From: Prorocentrum cordatum
Taxonomy: Eukaryota
Assembly (NCBI GenBank): GCA_963575745.1
Contig: CAUYUJ010000192.1
Coordinates: 496,001-560,000 of the forward strand
DNA: 64,000 nucleotides
Direction of reading: 5' to 3'
The notes beneath the pieces are model-generated. The model was not told where the DNA came from, searched no databases, and saw nothing but the letters and a program-made list of their open reading frames with translations. Positions 1 through 10,163 of the stretch are shown piece by piece; positions within the stretch are counted from its first letter, which is position 1; each line of letters begins with the position of its first letter. The position numbers and the translations under genes are program-made.

Positions 1-360
1 GTTGGCTCCGGGCATTCAAAATCATGCCCAGGAATGGAGTTCTGGGAAGTCGAAGACCACGAAGTGGCCTACAGTTGGCTCCGGGCATTCAAAATGTGGC
101 CCGGGAATGGAGTTCTGGGAAAGCTCGAAGAGCACGAAGTGGCCTACAGTTGGCTCCGGGCATTCAAAATGTGGCCCGGGAATGGAGTTCTGGGAAGTCG
201 AAGAGCACGAAGTGGCCTACAGTTGGCTCCGGGCATTCAAAATGTGGCCCGGGAATGGAGTTCTGGGAAGTCGAAGAGCACGAAGTGGCCTACAGTTGGC
301 TCCAGGCATTCAGAATGTGGCCCGGGAATGGAGTTATGGGAGGTCGAAGAGCACGAAGTG
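1..360. repeat. Tandem satellite, ~73-bp unit (GTTGGCTCCGGGCATTCAAAATGTGGCCCGGGAATGGAGTTCTGGGAAGTCGAAGAGCACGAAGTGGCCTACA), ~5 copies, cut by window start
   Basis: Unit starts at 1, 74, 149, 222 and 295; copies nearly identical. Confidence 0.95.
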
Positions 361-654
361 TGTGACTGTTTGCGAAAAGCGCATTCGGACACGAGTTCGG
401 ACACAGCTCCCCGGATGCCGCCCCGACCCCCCTGTGGAGTCATCTGCTGCTCTCTTTTGACCCCACTAGAAACCTATCAGCAAAAGCTGTTAGGTAAAAA
501 GTAGCCAAACCAAAACTCAAACATAGTCAAGAATGGTCGAGAAGCATCGTCCCCAAACTGTGCTCTGTGCTCTGGCCACCTCTGGATGCTCCCCCTGCAG
601 AGGGGGCATGCTCCACGTCCTGCTGCGCGAGGGAGGGGCCTCAGCGTGCTATTG

Positions 655-829
655 TCGGGAGCGGCAAAGAGGGGGGCGTCCAAGAGGGGGGGGTGCAAAT
701 CATGGCCGGCGGCATGTGCGCGGCCCGGCGGGGGGGGGCAGGGAGGTACTGAAATAAGAAGGGGCGCCATGAAATCTTGGGAAACATCATGGCCCCCCTA
801 GCCATCACCCCCCTCTTTTCCGCCCCCGA
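655..829. mobile_element. MITE family A copy 1 (TCGGG termini, ~20-bp TIR, 5-bp TSD TATTG)
   Basis: TCGGGAGCGGCAAAGAGGGG ... CCCCTCTTTTCCGCCCCCGA; TATTG at 650-654 and 830-834; homologs at 12170 and 52259. Confidence 0.9.
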
Positions 830-1017
830 TATTGCTGAAGTCGGGGAACGAAGAATGGCACGAACACAAACGCTCGAAGGTCCGCGCGGATCTCCTGGAG
901 CGGCGCCTGGGGGCCCCCGGGCGGCGCCTCCGGCGCCGCGGGGGTCGAGCGCCGATCCGAGAAATCCGCGCGGACTTCCGAGTTGTTCTGTTTATGCCAC
1001 TGTTCGTTCCCCTATAA

Positions 1018-1149
1018 CTGGCCATCGCTCGGCCGTCCATTCCCTGTGTTTTTGTTCGGTTTCGTGCGTGGTTTGTTCGCCAAATGGTCGAGGATGCTCC
1101 TCGAAGGTCCTCGCCGAGAAAAAAATGCACACGTCCGAGCGATGCCAAG
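1018..1149. mobile_element. MITE family D (TIR ~CTGGCCATCGCTCGG / CCGAGCGATGCCAAG), possible 4-bp TSD ATAA
   Basis: Terminal inverted repeats; ATAA at 1014-1017 and 1150-1153; homolog at 17574-17706 and a partial copy near 46000-46112. Confidence 0.7.
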
Positions 1150-1179
1150 ATAAAGAGCAGATGCTCAGGCCTGCGGAGA

Positions 1180-1760
1180 AAAGCGGAGCAGCACGCCGAC
1201 GGGCTGCCAGCGGTAGCGTGGAGCCCGCGTCATCCTCCCTCCCAACCTCTGGGGAACAGGACTCCTCCTCCGCCTCCTCCTCCTCCTCCTCGTCCTCCTC
1301 CCTCTTCCTCCTCCTCCTCCTGCCCCTCCTCCTCCTCCTCCTCCTCCTCCTCCTCCTCCTCCTCCTCCCCCCGCCTCCTTCTCCTCCTGACCTCTGGGAA
1401 ACAGGACTCCTGTGCCCACGTCGCGCAGACGGAGCAGTGCAGCGCCATATTGTGCCTGGCGCACCTCCCGCCGCAGACGCAGAGTGTGGCACTGCCCTCT
1501 GGGCGCTCGACACTGGAATGTCCAAGGACGGCAACTCACGTCTGCATAGCGGGCACACTAGAACTGGGCCGTCGTGTTCGCAGCCCCAGCCTCTTCCTCC
1601 TCCTGCTCCTCCTCCCCGAGCCCATATCCCTCCTATGCTCCATCCCCCTCCTCCTTCGGTGGCAACTCCTGGGAACCTCCCATACCATCTCGTCGGCTTT
1701 TGCGAATCCACGCTCATCGACGCCAGTCGACGCCAATCATTGACGCTACATCGACGCTCA
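1180..1760 (+). repeat. Direct repeat copy 1 (partner 10485-10900); carries an extra (CCT)n insert
   Basis: 1390-1680 aligns at high identity with 10550-10840; both copies are followed by ATCGACGC-type repeats. Confidence 0.9.
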
Positions 1761-1851
1761 TCGACGCTAGTCGACGCAAACGTCGGAACTACCTCATCGA
1801 CTCCCATACGCACATCGACGCAAGTCGACGCCACATACGGAATTACCATTA

Positions 1852-2009
1852 TGTCGGGCGTGTACCCCATACAGGCGGATTTTTGGACGAACAATGAAAA
1901 ATACTCCAAGAATGCCAAAAAATTATCAAACAAACAATCGAAACACCTTCCCCAGACTATTGTTCAACTTTTCTTGGAATATTCCTCCTGTAGAGGGACA
2001 CGCCCAACT
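1852..2009. mobile_element. MITE family B (TIR ~(A/T)GTCGGGCGTGTCCCCCTACAGG), TA target duplication, Tc1/mariner-type
   Basis: TA|TGTCGGGCGTGT ... ACACGCCCAACT|TA; homologs at 34701, 44097, 46649 and ~55180-55330. Confidence 0.8.
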
Positions 2010-2761
2010 TAAAATGACCAGGGTACACGAGGCTCCGATGATTTGCTACCGAACCCCACCACGGCGGGGCGGGGAGCCCCAGAGTGCGTATCGAGAGCCC
2101 TCGGCGCGCGGGCGCTCCCGAGGCACAAACAGAAGCTGCTCGAGGCGGCCCAGGGACACGCAAGGACATACACACACAGATCCCAGGATTCTCCATCCTT
2201 TCGCCTCTGTTCTCGGTGTTCGTCTTCCCCCCCACTTCCCGCATGTTCCAGCATCTTCTGGGGCATCGGCGATTCATGGTGTCTGTGTTTTTTCCCTCCT
2301 GAGCTGCTCGAGGCGGCACGGGCACGGGGGAGCGTGTAGCTGCGAGCACGCGGGCAAGCGGGCGGGCGCGCCCCCGTCGGTCCGCGACGGGCCGGCCCTG
2401 CGAGGGCAGCGCAGGCGGGACGGGGCCCAAAGACCAGCTTCATGATTTGCTGTTTACAATTACACAATATGAAACTACTCTCCCACTTCCCCGGATGGCG
2501 TCCCGAAGATATCCGACACCCCCCCGCGTCTTGTTTTTTACACACAAGTTTCCCGGGAAACGGGGTTCCGCTTGTGTTTTCTTTTGTTTTTTCAAAATGC
2601 TGCTCCCGCTGAGGCGCCGGCCTCATTTCTGCTCCCAAATCGTTCCGAATCGTGCTCCCGCTGCAGCGTGGGCCTCATTTTCGGATCGGTGTTTGGCCTC
2701 CGTCGTTCAGGATGGCGTTCTCGCCCCAGCGCGGGCCTCTTTCTCGCGCGCCCATCCGCCC

Positions 2762-3020
2762 GCCACCACCGCGCCGCACCGCCACCACCACCACCACCAC
2801 CACCACCACCACCACCACCACCACCACCACCACCACCACCACCACCCACCACACACCAGCACCACCACCAGCACACCACCACCACCACAACCACCCACCA
2901 CCACCACCACCACCACCACCACCACCACCACCCCACCACCACCACCACCACCACCACCACCACCACCACCACCACCACGCACGCACGCACGCACGCACGC
3001 ACGCGCACCACCACCCACTA
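2762..3020. repeat. (CCA)n microsatellite with a (GCAC)n end
   Basis: Read directly from sequence. Confidence 0.95.
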
Positions 3021-3142
3021 CGCACGCGCGCGCGGAGCCACAGGTCCGCTACGACACGCGTCCGCGGATAGAGAAAATCAGCGCCATGGTAAGGGATGGG
3101 AGGGAGGGGTAGGACGTCAGATATGACGCGAGCGCACCTAGC

Positions 3143-3448
3143 TTGCCCCCCCCCTTCCTCCTCCTCCTCCTCCTCTCCTCCTCCTCCCCCTCCTCCTCCC
3201 CCCTCCCCCTCCCCTCCTCCCTCCTCCCTCCTCCTCCTCCCTCCTCCCTCCTCCCTCCTCCCTCCTCCCCCTCCTCCCTCCTCCTCCTCCTCCCTCCTCC
3301 CTCCTCCCTCCTCCCCTCCCTCCCTCCTCCTCCTCCCTCCCTCCTCCCTCCTCCTCCTCCTCCGCTCCTCCTCCCCTCCCTCGCTCCTCCCTCCTCCTCC
3401 TCCTCCTCCTCCTCCTCCTCCTCCTCCTCCTCCTCCTCCTCCTCCCCC
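3143..3448. repeat. Degenerate (CCT)n polypyrimidine microsatellite, 5' flank of the LINE
   Basis: Read directly; abuts the spliced leader. Confidence 0.95.
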
Positions 3449-3470
3449 TCCGTAGCCATTTTGGCTCAAG
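3449..3470 (+). other. Complete genomic copy of the 22-nt dinoflagellate spliced leader (TCCGTAGCCATTTTGGCTCAAG)
   Basis: Exact match to the DinoSL consensus DCCGTAGCCATTTTGGCTCAAG; followed by ATG rather than an SL-RNA intron, so it is mRNA-derived. Confidence 0.97.
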
Positions 3471-3664
3471 ATGCTTAGTTCCGCAGGGGAACAAGTGGAT
3501 ACCGCTAGTCCGCGGCCAGTTTGCAGTCCTTCCCCTGGTCAGCCCCAGGGCGAGCGCCGAGGTGGTCCGCCCCACCTCGGCGCGTCTCTCGCATTCTCAC
3601 TCGCTCGGGGCCTTTCAGCCTCGTGCATCGTGTTCCTGATCATCGTGTGCCTTGTTTCGGCAGG

Positions 3665-4801
3665 ATGGTGCCGCGCCCAGTCGCCGACAAGACTTGGCTG
3701 TGCAAGACCTGCATCCACGAGCGCACGGGTGAACCATTCTTCAATAAGGCTGACCGCACATCATGCTTCTCTTGCAGGCGGCCCAAGAGCAGTTGTTTCA
3801 AGGCCTACAAGACTTCCACCGCAGACCCGAGTGTGCACGCTGGAGGTCTCAAGGCTGGTGGCAAGAAGGCCGCTAGCGCTGGCTCGGCTCCTTGGGAGGT
3901 TGCCAAGCAGTTGCGACTGGCGCAGGAGACGATTGCCAAGCTCGAGAAGCAGATCCAGGCCAAGCAAGTGCCAGTGCCTGATGCCATGGGCGTGTCGGGG
4001 CCTAAGGCTATGGCAAATGATTTCGGTGAAGGCAAGTTTCGTGCACGTATTTTGGAGTTGGATAAGGAGATCGCAGTTGCCAGCAAAGGTGTTGGCGCAG
4101 CGTGGGATGTCCTCAAGGAGGCGCTCACAAAAGAACGCAGCGAGCTCCAGGATGAAATTAACAAGCACAAGCCTGCAGCCTCACGCATGTTCGTCGTTGG
4201 CAAGCAAATTGAGGCTATGGGCAAGCAGATTGCAAAGGCGGAGAAGGACGTTGACGACCAAAAGGCCGTCATCAAGGAGCTCCAGGATGTGCTGGGGCAG
4301 GCTGAGCAGAAGGTGCTGGACAAGAAGGCCAAACTGCTCGAGCTCCAGACCCAGCACGCTGACCTGGCGCGCCAGAACTATGTCCCACCTGTGCCTAATG
4401 ACGACGGTGAGGCTGGGCAGACTGTTCATGCTCTGGGCCTGGACACAACCAAGTTGGGTGAGGTGTTGCGCGCACTTGGAGCTGGAGACAGGACCGACGC
4501 CATCGCGCACGGTGTGGCTCAAGCACTGCCTCAGATTATCACGAATGCTCGGTTGCAACCAGTGGGCGCGACTCGACACCATGCAGGTCCTGAGCTGCTG
4601 GACAATGAGTCACTTGCTGATGACGAAGCTCCGCTGGTTCCTATCAAGGAAGCAACCGAAGACGCATTGCGGCCGTACCTGGCGGAGGCGGGTCAGGAGG
4701 TCCCCACATCTTTGGAGGAGATGCGTGACGCGGCCAATCGTCTCTGCAAGCTGGAGCAGCATGCCGAGCAGAGGAAAGGGCCAGGCTTCCAGGCCTACTA
4801 G
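3665..4801 (+). CDS. LINE ORF1 protein: N-terminal RanBP2-type zinc finger and long coiled coil
   Basis: WLCKTC-x10-NKADRTSCFSC fits W-x-C-x2-C...N-x6-C-x2-C; heptad-rich K/E/Q/L segments; ATG at 3665 is the second ATG after the SL; TAG at 4799-4801. Confidence 0.85.
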   Translation: MVPRPVADKTWLCKTCIHERTGEPFFNKADRTSCFSCRRPKSSCFKAYKTSTADPSVHAGGLKAGGKKAASAGSAPWEVAKQLRLAQETIAKLEKQIQAKQVPVPDAMGVSGPKAMANDFGEGKFRARILELDKEIAVASKGVGAAWDVLKEALTKERSELQDEINKHKPAASRMFVVGKQIEAMGKQIAKAEKDVDDQKAVIKELQDVLGQAEQKVLDKKAKLLELQTQHADLARQNYVPPVPNDDGEAGQTVHALGLDTTKLGEVLRALGAGDRTDAIAHGVAQALPQIITNARLQPVGATRHHAGPELLDNESLADDEAPLVPIKEATEDALRPYLAEAGQEVPTSLEEMRDAANRLCKLEQHAEQRKGPGFQAY

Positions 4802-4823
4802 GCCAAAGAGGCTAGTCCACGCT

Positions 4824-7800
4824 ATGATGATGTTCACTATACTGGTTAAGATGACGCATTCCGATTCTAAGATCAAGGGGCAGATTGTCACGGTCAATAC
4901 TGATGCAGCTGGCCCCTTGCTACGTTATGTGGAGCAGGCCACAGATGCGGTGATTTTGGTCCAAGAGCACAAGTCAGATGGATCAATGTTGCCCGGCCTG
5001 CAGTACAAGCTGAAGTGCATGGGTGCATGGGTTACCACGGCATATTCTCGGCGGCCAAGCGCACGGCAGCTGACGGGCTCTCAGCGGGGGTTGCTGTCAT
5101 CACGCCGAGCTTTATCACGATCACGGCGCCACCACTGCTCAAAGACCCTGAGATTGTGCCCTCTCGGGCTGCGGCAGCGCAGGTCAACTGGGGCCTCAAG
5201 AGTGGGCTGGTGGTCATATCCCTCTACTTGCAGGATTTCGTGGACCTGAATGACTACAACCTTATGATTCTACACAAGGTGGCGCAATACGTGGGCCGCC
5301 TCAATGCAGCAAATCGGCCTTGGGTCATTGGTGGTGACTTTAATATGAGTGCGAATTTGATTGGAGCTCAGGAGTGGGTGGCGCAGACGAATGCGTTGAT
5401 GATGGTCCCGTCGCACGTCACATGTCGCACCACCAACTCGGCTGAGGGCAAGATTTATGATTATTTTATAGTTCACTCCAAGTTGGCCGCCATCATTGAG
5501 CCACCAGATGTGGAGGCTGCAGGGCTACCCACGCATGCACCTGTGGTTCTTTCGATTCGAGCTGAGCCCAAGAAGATCTGGCTGAGGGTCCCTGTTGAGC
5601 CCAAGCAGTTACCAAAGCTACCCAAGCAAGGTTGTTCGCGATATCCTATGAACTGGGATCATGTGATGGGCACCACTCTACGTGCTCATGACGACGACAA
5701 CGCTCAAGATGGCTTGGGATGCAGTTACCACTGGAGTGGAATTTGAGATACTCAACAGGTACGACGTGGTTGACGATGAGGCTGCTCCGTACAGGGGCAG
5801 AGCTGGCCCGAGGGACACCAAGTTTGTCGAAGAACACTGGACCCCCAAGCGTGAGGCGGGAGGCCTTGGGCCGAACGCCTTAGCTTGGCTGGCTGCGGCC
5901 AGATGGGCGAAACATCTCATGAGAGTACGAGCCTTCTGGATCAAATTGGTGCAGGAAGCTGTGCGTGATGATAGGCGGGCGGGCGAATTTCACCTTCCTG
6001 ATTACAGCTCGCCCTGGACCAGCAGACAGCCATCCTTGGCGCCTGCAGCTGCAGTTCCTATGAGAGAGGAGTCAGAGGCAGGTGGCAACTGGACGACGGT
6101 CACCAGCAGGTCGAGTTCACAGAGGGCACCTACGAGTGGGTCATGCAGCCTACGCCCTATGAATGACGAGACTGCCCCGCGGCGCGTGTCCTCTGCTGAT
6201 CCGCGCATGCCCGCGGCTCTCAGCTCAGTGACCCCGTGCGGTGGGATCGCTGGAGGGCCGATGGCGCCGTGTACTGCAACTACTACCAATGATGTCTCTG
6301 CCCCTGGTAGAGGGCCTACGGGTACTGCTACGGCGACCGCGGCGACTGCGTCAGCCCCGAGGCCACGTGAGGATCCAGGGAATCCTGACAGAACGCAGCC
6401 CAGGAAGCAGCGAGCATCAGCGAGACTGAATCCCATTGACAGATTGGCTCGTTCGCTAGTGGACACAGATCGCTTCTTGCTCAAGATTGTGGGGCAGCAG
6501 AACCACATGTGGAGTCACCTGGGTGAGGAGACTCAGGGATTCTTCCTAGATGGCATCGCCTTGCTAGGGAGAGACGACTCCGAGCAGCAGATATACCGCA
6601 TAGTCGAGCGTGCTGATGAAGTTCACCAGGAGCATAGAAAGGAGGTGGAGGACAGCTGGAAGTCTTGGATCGACATGGCGTTCAAGAAAGGGGCAGGCCC
6701 TGCGCATCGCACGTCTAAGGTCAAGGCTTTGGAGGCAGCAGTGGCGCATACTGACAGAATGCAGCCGTACCAAATGGCCGACAGGGAAATGGATGTCTGG
6801 CATGAGGTATGGTCCTGCCATGGGCAGCGTGAGCCACCATTGCCGAGTGATGCGCATACATGGGAGGATCTTCCCCCGCTTCGGCCAGATGATTTGTCCA
6901 GGGCAGCTCCCGCGTTCACCTGGACGACGGCCACTGGGCCGACGAGGCTGCACCCTCGCGCATTTTTCTTCCTCTCTGATGCTGGCTTGTTGGCGCTCTG
7001 CACACTGTGCCACACATGCGAGAGGATGATGTACTGGCCGTCACAGAGAATTGTCAACGAGATGGTCAGGCTTGCCAAGCCCAATGGAGGCACGCGGCTG
7101 ATCACTTTAGTAGAGAGCATAGTACGTTTGTGGGCGCGAGCAAGGCGCCCGATTTCAAGAACATGGATTGTACAGCATGGGAGCCCTTTCATTTGGGGCA
7201 ACAGGAGGGGACACTCTTCCAGTTATTCCGCGTTTGCGCACAACCTAGAGGCGGAGATTGCTGCTTCTCTGGGAGAGAGTTCAGTCACTGTGTTTCTCGA
7301 TATGTGGAAATGTTTCGAGACAGTGCTGTTCCCTGCATTGTTTGAGGAAGCCAGGTGCCTGGGGTTCCCTCTTCGTTTATTATGGATGTTAATCAACTCG
7401 TATTCCCAGCCAAGGGTTATAAAGGCGTTTGGATGTTGGAGCAAGCAGGTGGTGGTGTACCAGGGCATCCTCGCGGGCTGCACCCACGCCACCACCCTCC
7501 TCACCATCCTCACCTACAGGGCCCTCATGAAGGTGCACCAGATAGCCCCCAACGTGACCCCGAGAGCGCTCGTGGATGACAGCACGTTCCAATGGGTTGG
7601 GCCGTCGGGGACTTCTTCGGCTGAGTTGTTCTTGGGGACCCAGAGCTTCGTCAAGGATTCGGCCAAGTTGGGGCTCCTGCTGCAGGTCAAGAAATCGGGC
7701 TGGGGCTCCAACACTAGGAAGGGGCACCTGGGGTTCCGCAAGTTGGCCTCAAGGATCAACCTCAAAAGCAAGAAGTGGGTCCGAAATCTTGGGCATGAAC

Positions 7801-10040
7801 TTGATGGGCCAGTTCCTGTGAGGAAACAAGCTAAGGCTAGGATGAAGGGCTTGCAGGACAGGCCCCCAAGGCTTATCATGCTCCAGAAGGCGGCGGGCAA
7901 CAGAGTCACCGCTATCTGGAGAACAGGACTTCTTCCAGCTGCTGCGCACGGCGCGACTGTATCTGGAGTCAGCGACCAGGAGCTTGCCCGTTTACGCTCT
8001 GTTGCTGGCATGTTATGTGGCCGTTCGACGGCAGTATCTTCTCTCACTGTATATCTGGCTACGCAGGCTGACGCCAAGTACGACCCAATTTACAATGCCA
8101 CCATGGACCCCCGGAAGGCCTACTGCAGCTTCGTCTGGGACAACAGAGTTTGCCTTGGGAGACTGCAGAGGGCCTGGATGAAGGTGGATGAGGGGCTCAA
8201 GATTAAGGCCTCTTGGACCTCGGCAAGGGGGCCCATTGCTGTGGTATGGATGTCTTTGAGGAGAATAGGATGGGGCATGTATTCCGCCACGGGGATCTAC
8301 AGCGACCTAGGTCACACGTTTGACCTCCTTCAGCTCTGTCCCAAGGACGTGCTGGAGTTGGTCAGGCAAGGCATCGAGCGCTGGCAAGGCATGCGTATAC
8401 TTACACATCATAAGGAGGTATGCTATGGGGATGAGGTCTTATGGATGAGAGCTATGAGGAGATGTATTGGTGCTAAGAAGGCAGTGGTCAGGCACCCACG
8501 TTTTGCTGGCGCGCTGCGTGCACTGTGGTCCGACTCTATTTGGTCACGTTCCAGACTGGCTGCCAAGGGGTACCAGATCTCCCCTGCCTGCATCTACTGC
8601 GCAGCGGAGCAATCGACCATTGGACACGAGTTCTTTCGCTGTCCTAGTTTTTACGATGACCTGCCTGAGGTGCCCGATCTCGACTGGAACACTGATATGC
8701 AGTACACATATGATATGTTAAGGGAGCTCGGACAGAAGGCCCTTGGAGAGCCCGACTGGGATTGTCTGGCAACGGCAGTAGGCATACCCGTGAGCCCTCT
8801 CATCCCACCGTATGTGGAGTTCAAGTTGCAGTACGGCTGCTGGGGTGACTGGGAGTCTGACAGAAGTTCCTGGAGCTCTTTGGTTTTCTCTGATGGTTCG
8901 GGGCTGGCCCCTGCGTGGCCTGAGATACGTCGATGTGGGTGGTCTTTCGTCGTCATGGGGGACAACGGGCTACCTGTTCGTGCGGCATATGGGCCCCTCG
9001 AGGGTCCGATACAAACGGTCGGGAGATCGGAGCGTATGGCTTTCCTCATGGCACTCAGGCTTTTACCTGCTGTGGACCTACTGGTGACAGATCTCCAGAG
9101 TCTGGCAGCTGAAATGGACTCCTGGCACCACGACCAGGAAGATGCGAATTCGACGTACGCAGACATCTGGAGGCACATCTTTCATGCTGCTGACGACAAG
9201 CGTCGGCCCAGAGCTTGCTGGACGCCTGCGCACATCACGATCGAGAGTTACCTGGAGGTACACTTCGGCACCCTCCCGTTTGAATTTCTGCTCGGGAACA
9301 TGTGGGCGGACTTTTTCGCCAGGGAGGGGGCCAACATGCACGCAGTACACAAATCGACGGTCCAAATGTTTGAGGCCAGGCTGAGCCAAGAGAAGTTGAA
9401 TGCTAAGTTCTTCTCCTGGGCGGCTGCTAAGCTCATAACCAGGGACTCCACCAGCAGTAGACCCGAGAGGCTCAAGTTAGGTGGCCCCCCGATTCCTGTA
9501 CAGCATGTAGGATTGCGTGTGCATGAGGTGGTCATCCGCAGTCCTGGGGTCTGGCAGTGCAAGAAATGTTTGGCCACGGCTCGGACCCCAGCCAGTTTGT
9601 TGAAACTCGTTGCGGGAACCAATAATTATGCTAAGTGTGAGCCAACGGAGCAACAAAAGCTCCAGGCCCGCAATGATGTTGTATTGCAGCGTGCATTGCC
9701 TTACAGGAGTGAGGCGGTCAACGTTGCGCTAGGTCTGGCGCAGGATCTCAGCCCACCCGATGACCCTGTCGTTCCTGGTCCGTCGGGGGCTCAGCAGCCG
9801 TGTGCAGACGACATTGTAGAGTTAGATGGCCACCGAATTCTCTCGAATCTCGGTGCAATGGTTTGCACATTGTGTGGGTCGTACCAGCTTAATGCTGGGC
9901 GTGCGGGGCACTCGAAGCTTGGAGGATGCTGCCTGGGCCCTTCCCAGCACCCCCCCACACTGTATAAGCAGAGGCATGCTATTAAGGCCATCAAGGCGGG
10001 TAAGAACCCCAAGAATGGCCAGCCGATCAAACTGTTTTGA
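4824..10040 (+). pseudogene. LINE ORF2 (APE endonuclease - RT - CCHC knuckle - RNase H - Cys/His motifs) with two frameshifts (~5015-5030 and ~5690-5701)
   Basis: APE motifs IVTVN, VILVQEHK (~4960), SAGVAVI, VISLYL, VIGGDFN (~5330), IYDYFIV, THAPV (~5531). RT motifs LAKPNGGTRLITL, FLDMWKCF (~7293), GILAGC, LVDD (7569-7580), RNLG. Knuckle CIYC-x8-H-x4-C (~8589). RNase H FSDGS (~8886), RSERMA, VTD, WTPAH, GNMWAD (~9294). Confidence 0.92.
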
Positions 10041-10100
10041 TGAGTTTCTTTGGCCCGCTCTGTTTTCCGTCACTTTTTCCCCTGGGAATCCACGGTAAAC

Positions 10101-10130
10101 GAGCTGGGCCCACATGATTGGCCCATGCTC
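10101..10130 (+). other. 3' UTR stem-loop of the LINE
   Basis: GAGCTGGGCC pairs with GGCCCA(T)GCTC around a 9-nt loop. Confidence 0.6.
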
Positions 10131-10163
10131 CCGTAGTTGGTTGCATGACAGGTCATCCGAGGC

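Larger units (their letters stand above)
3449..10163 (+). mobile_element. Near full-length SL-headed non-LTR retrotransposon (APE-type LINE with RNase H)
   Basis: SL at the 5' end, ORF1, ORF2 (APE-RT-ZnF-RNH), ~120-nt 3' UTR, then (TCC)n; unique coding sequence bounded on both sides by CCT repeats. Confidence 0.93.

Noticed and set aside
1..360. CRISPR-like regular repeats (also 19260-20160 and 63091-63470)
   Set aside because: Units are contiguous with no unique spacers, there are no cas genes, and the context is eukaryotic
992..1933. Minus-strand ORF with CEH...CPLC as a zinc-finger gene
   Set aside because: Spans unrelated repeats and a MITE, and the ligand set is incomplete
3449..3520. 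SL RNA gene
   Set aside because: The SL is followed by ATG and retroelement sequence, not a GT donor and SL intron, and it is not in a tandem array
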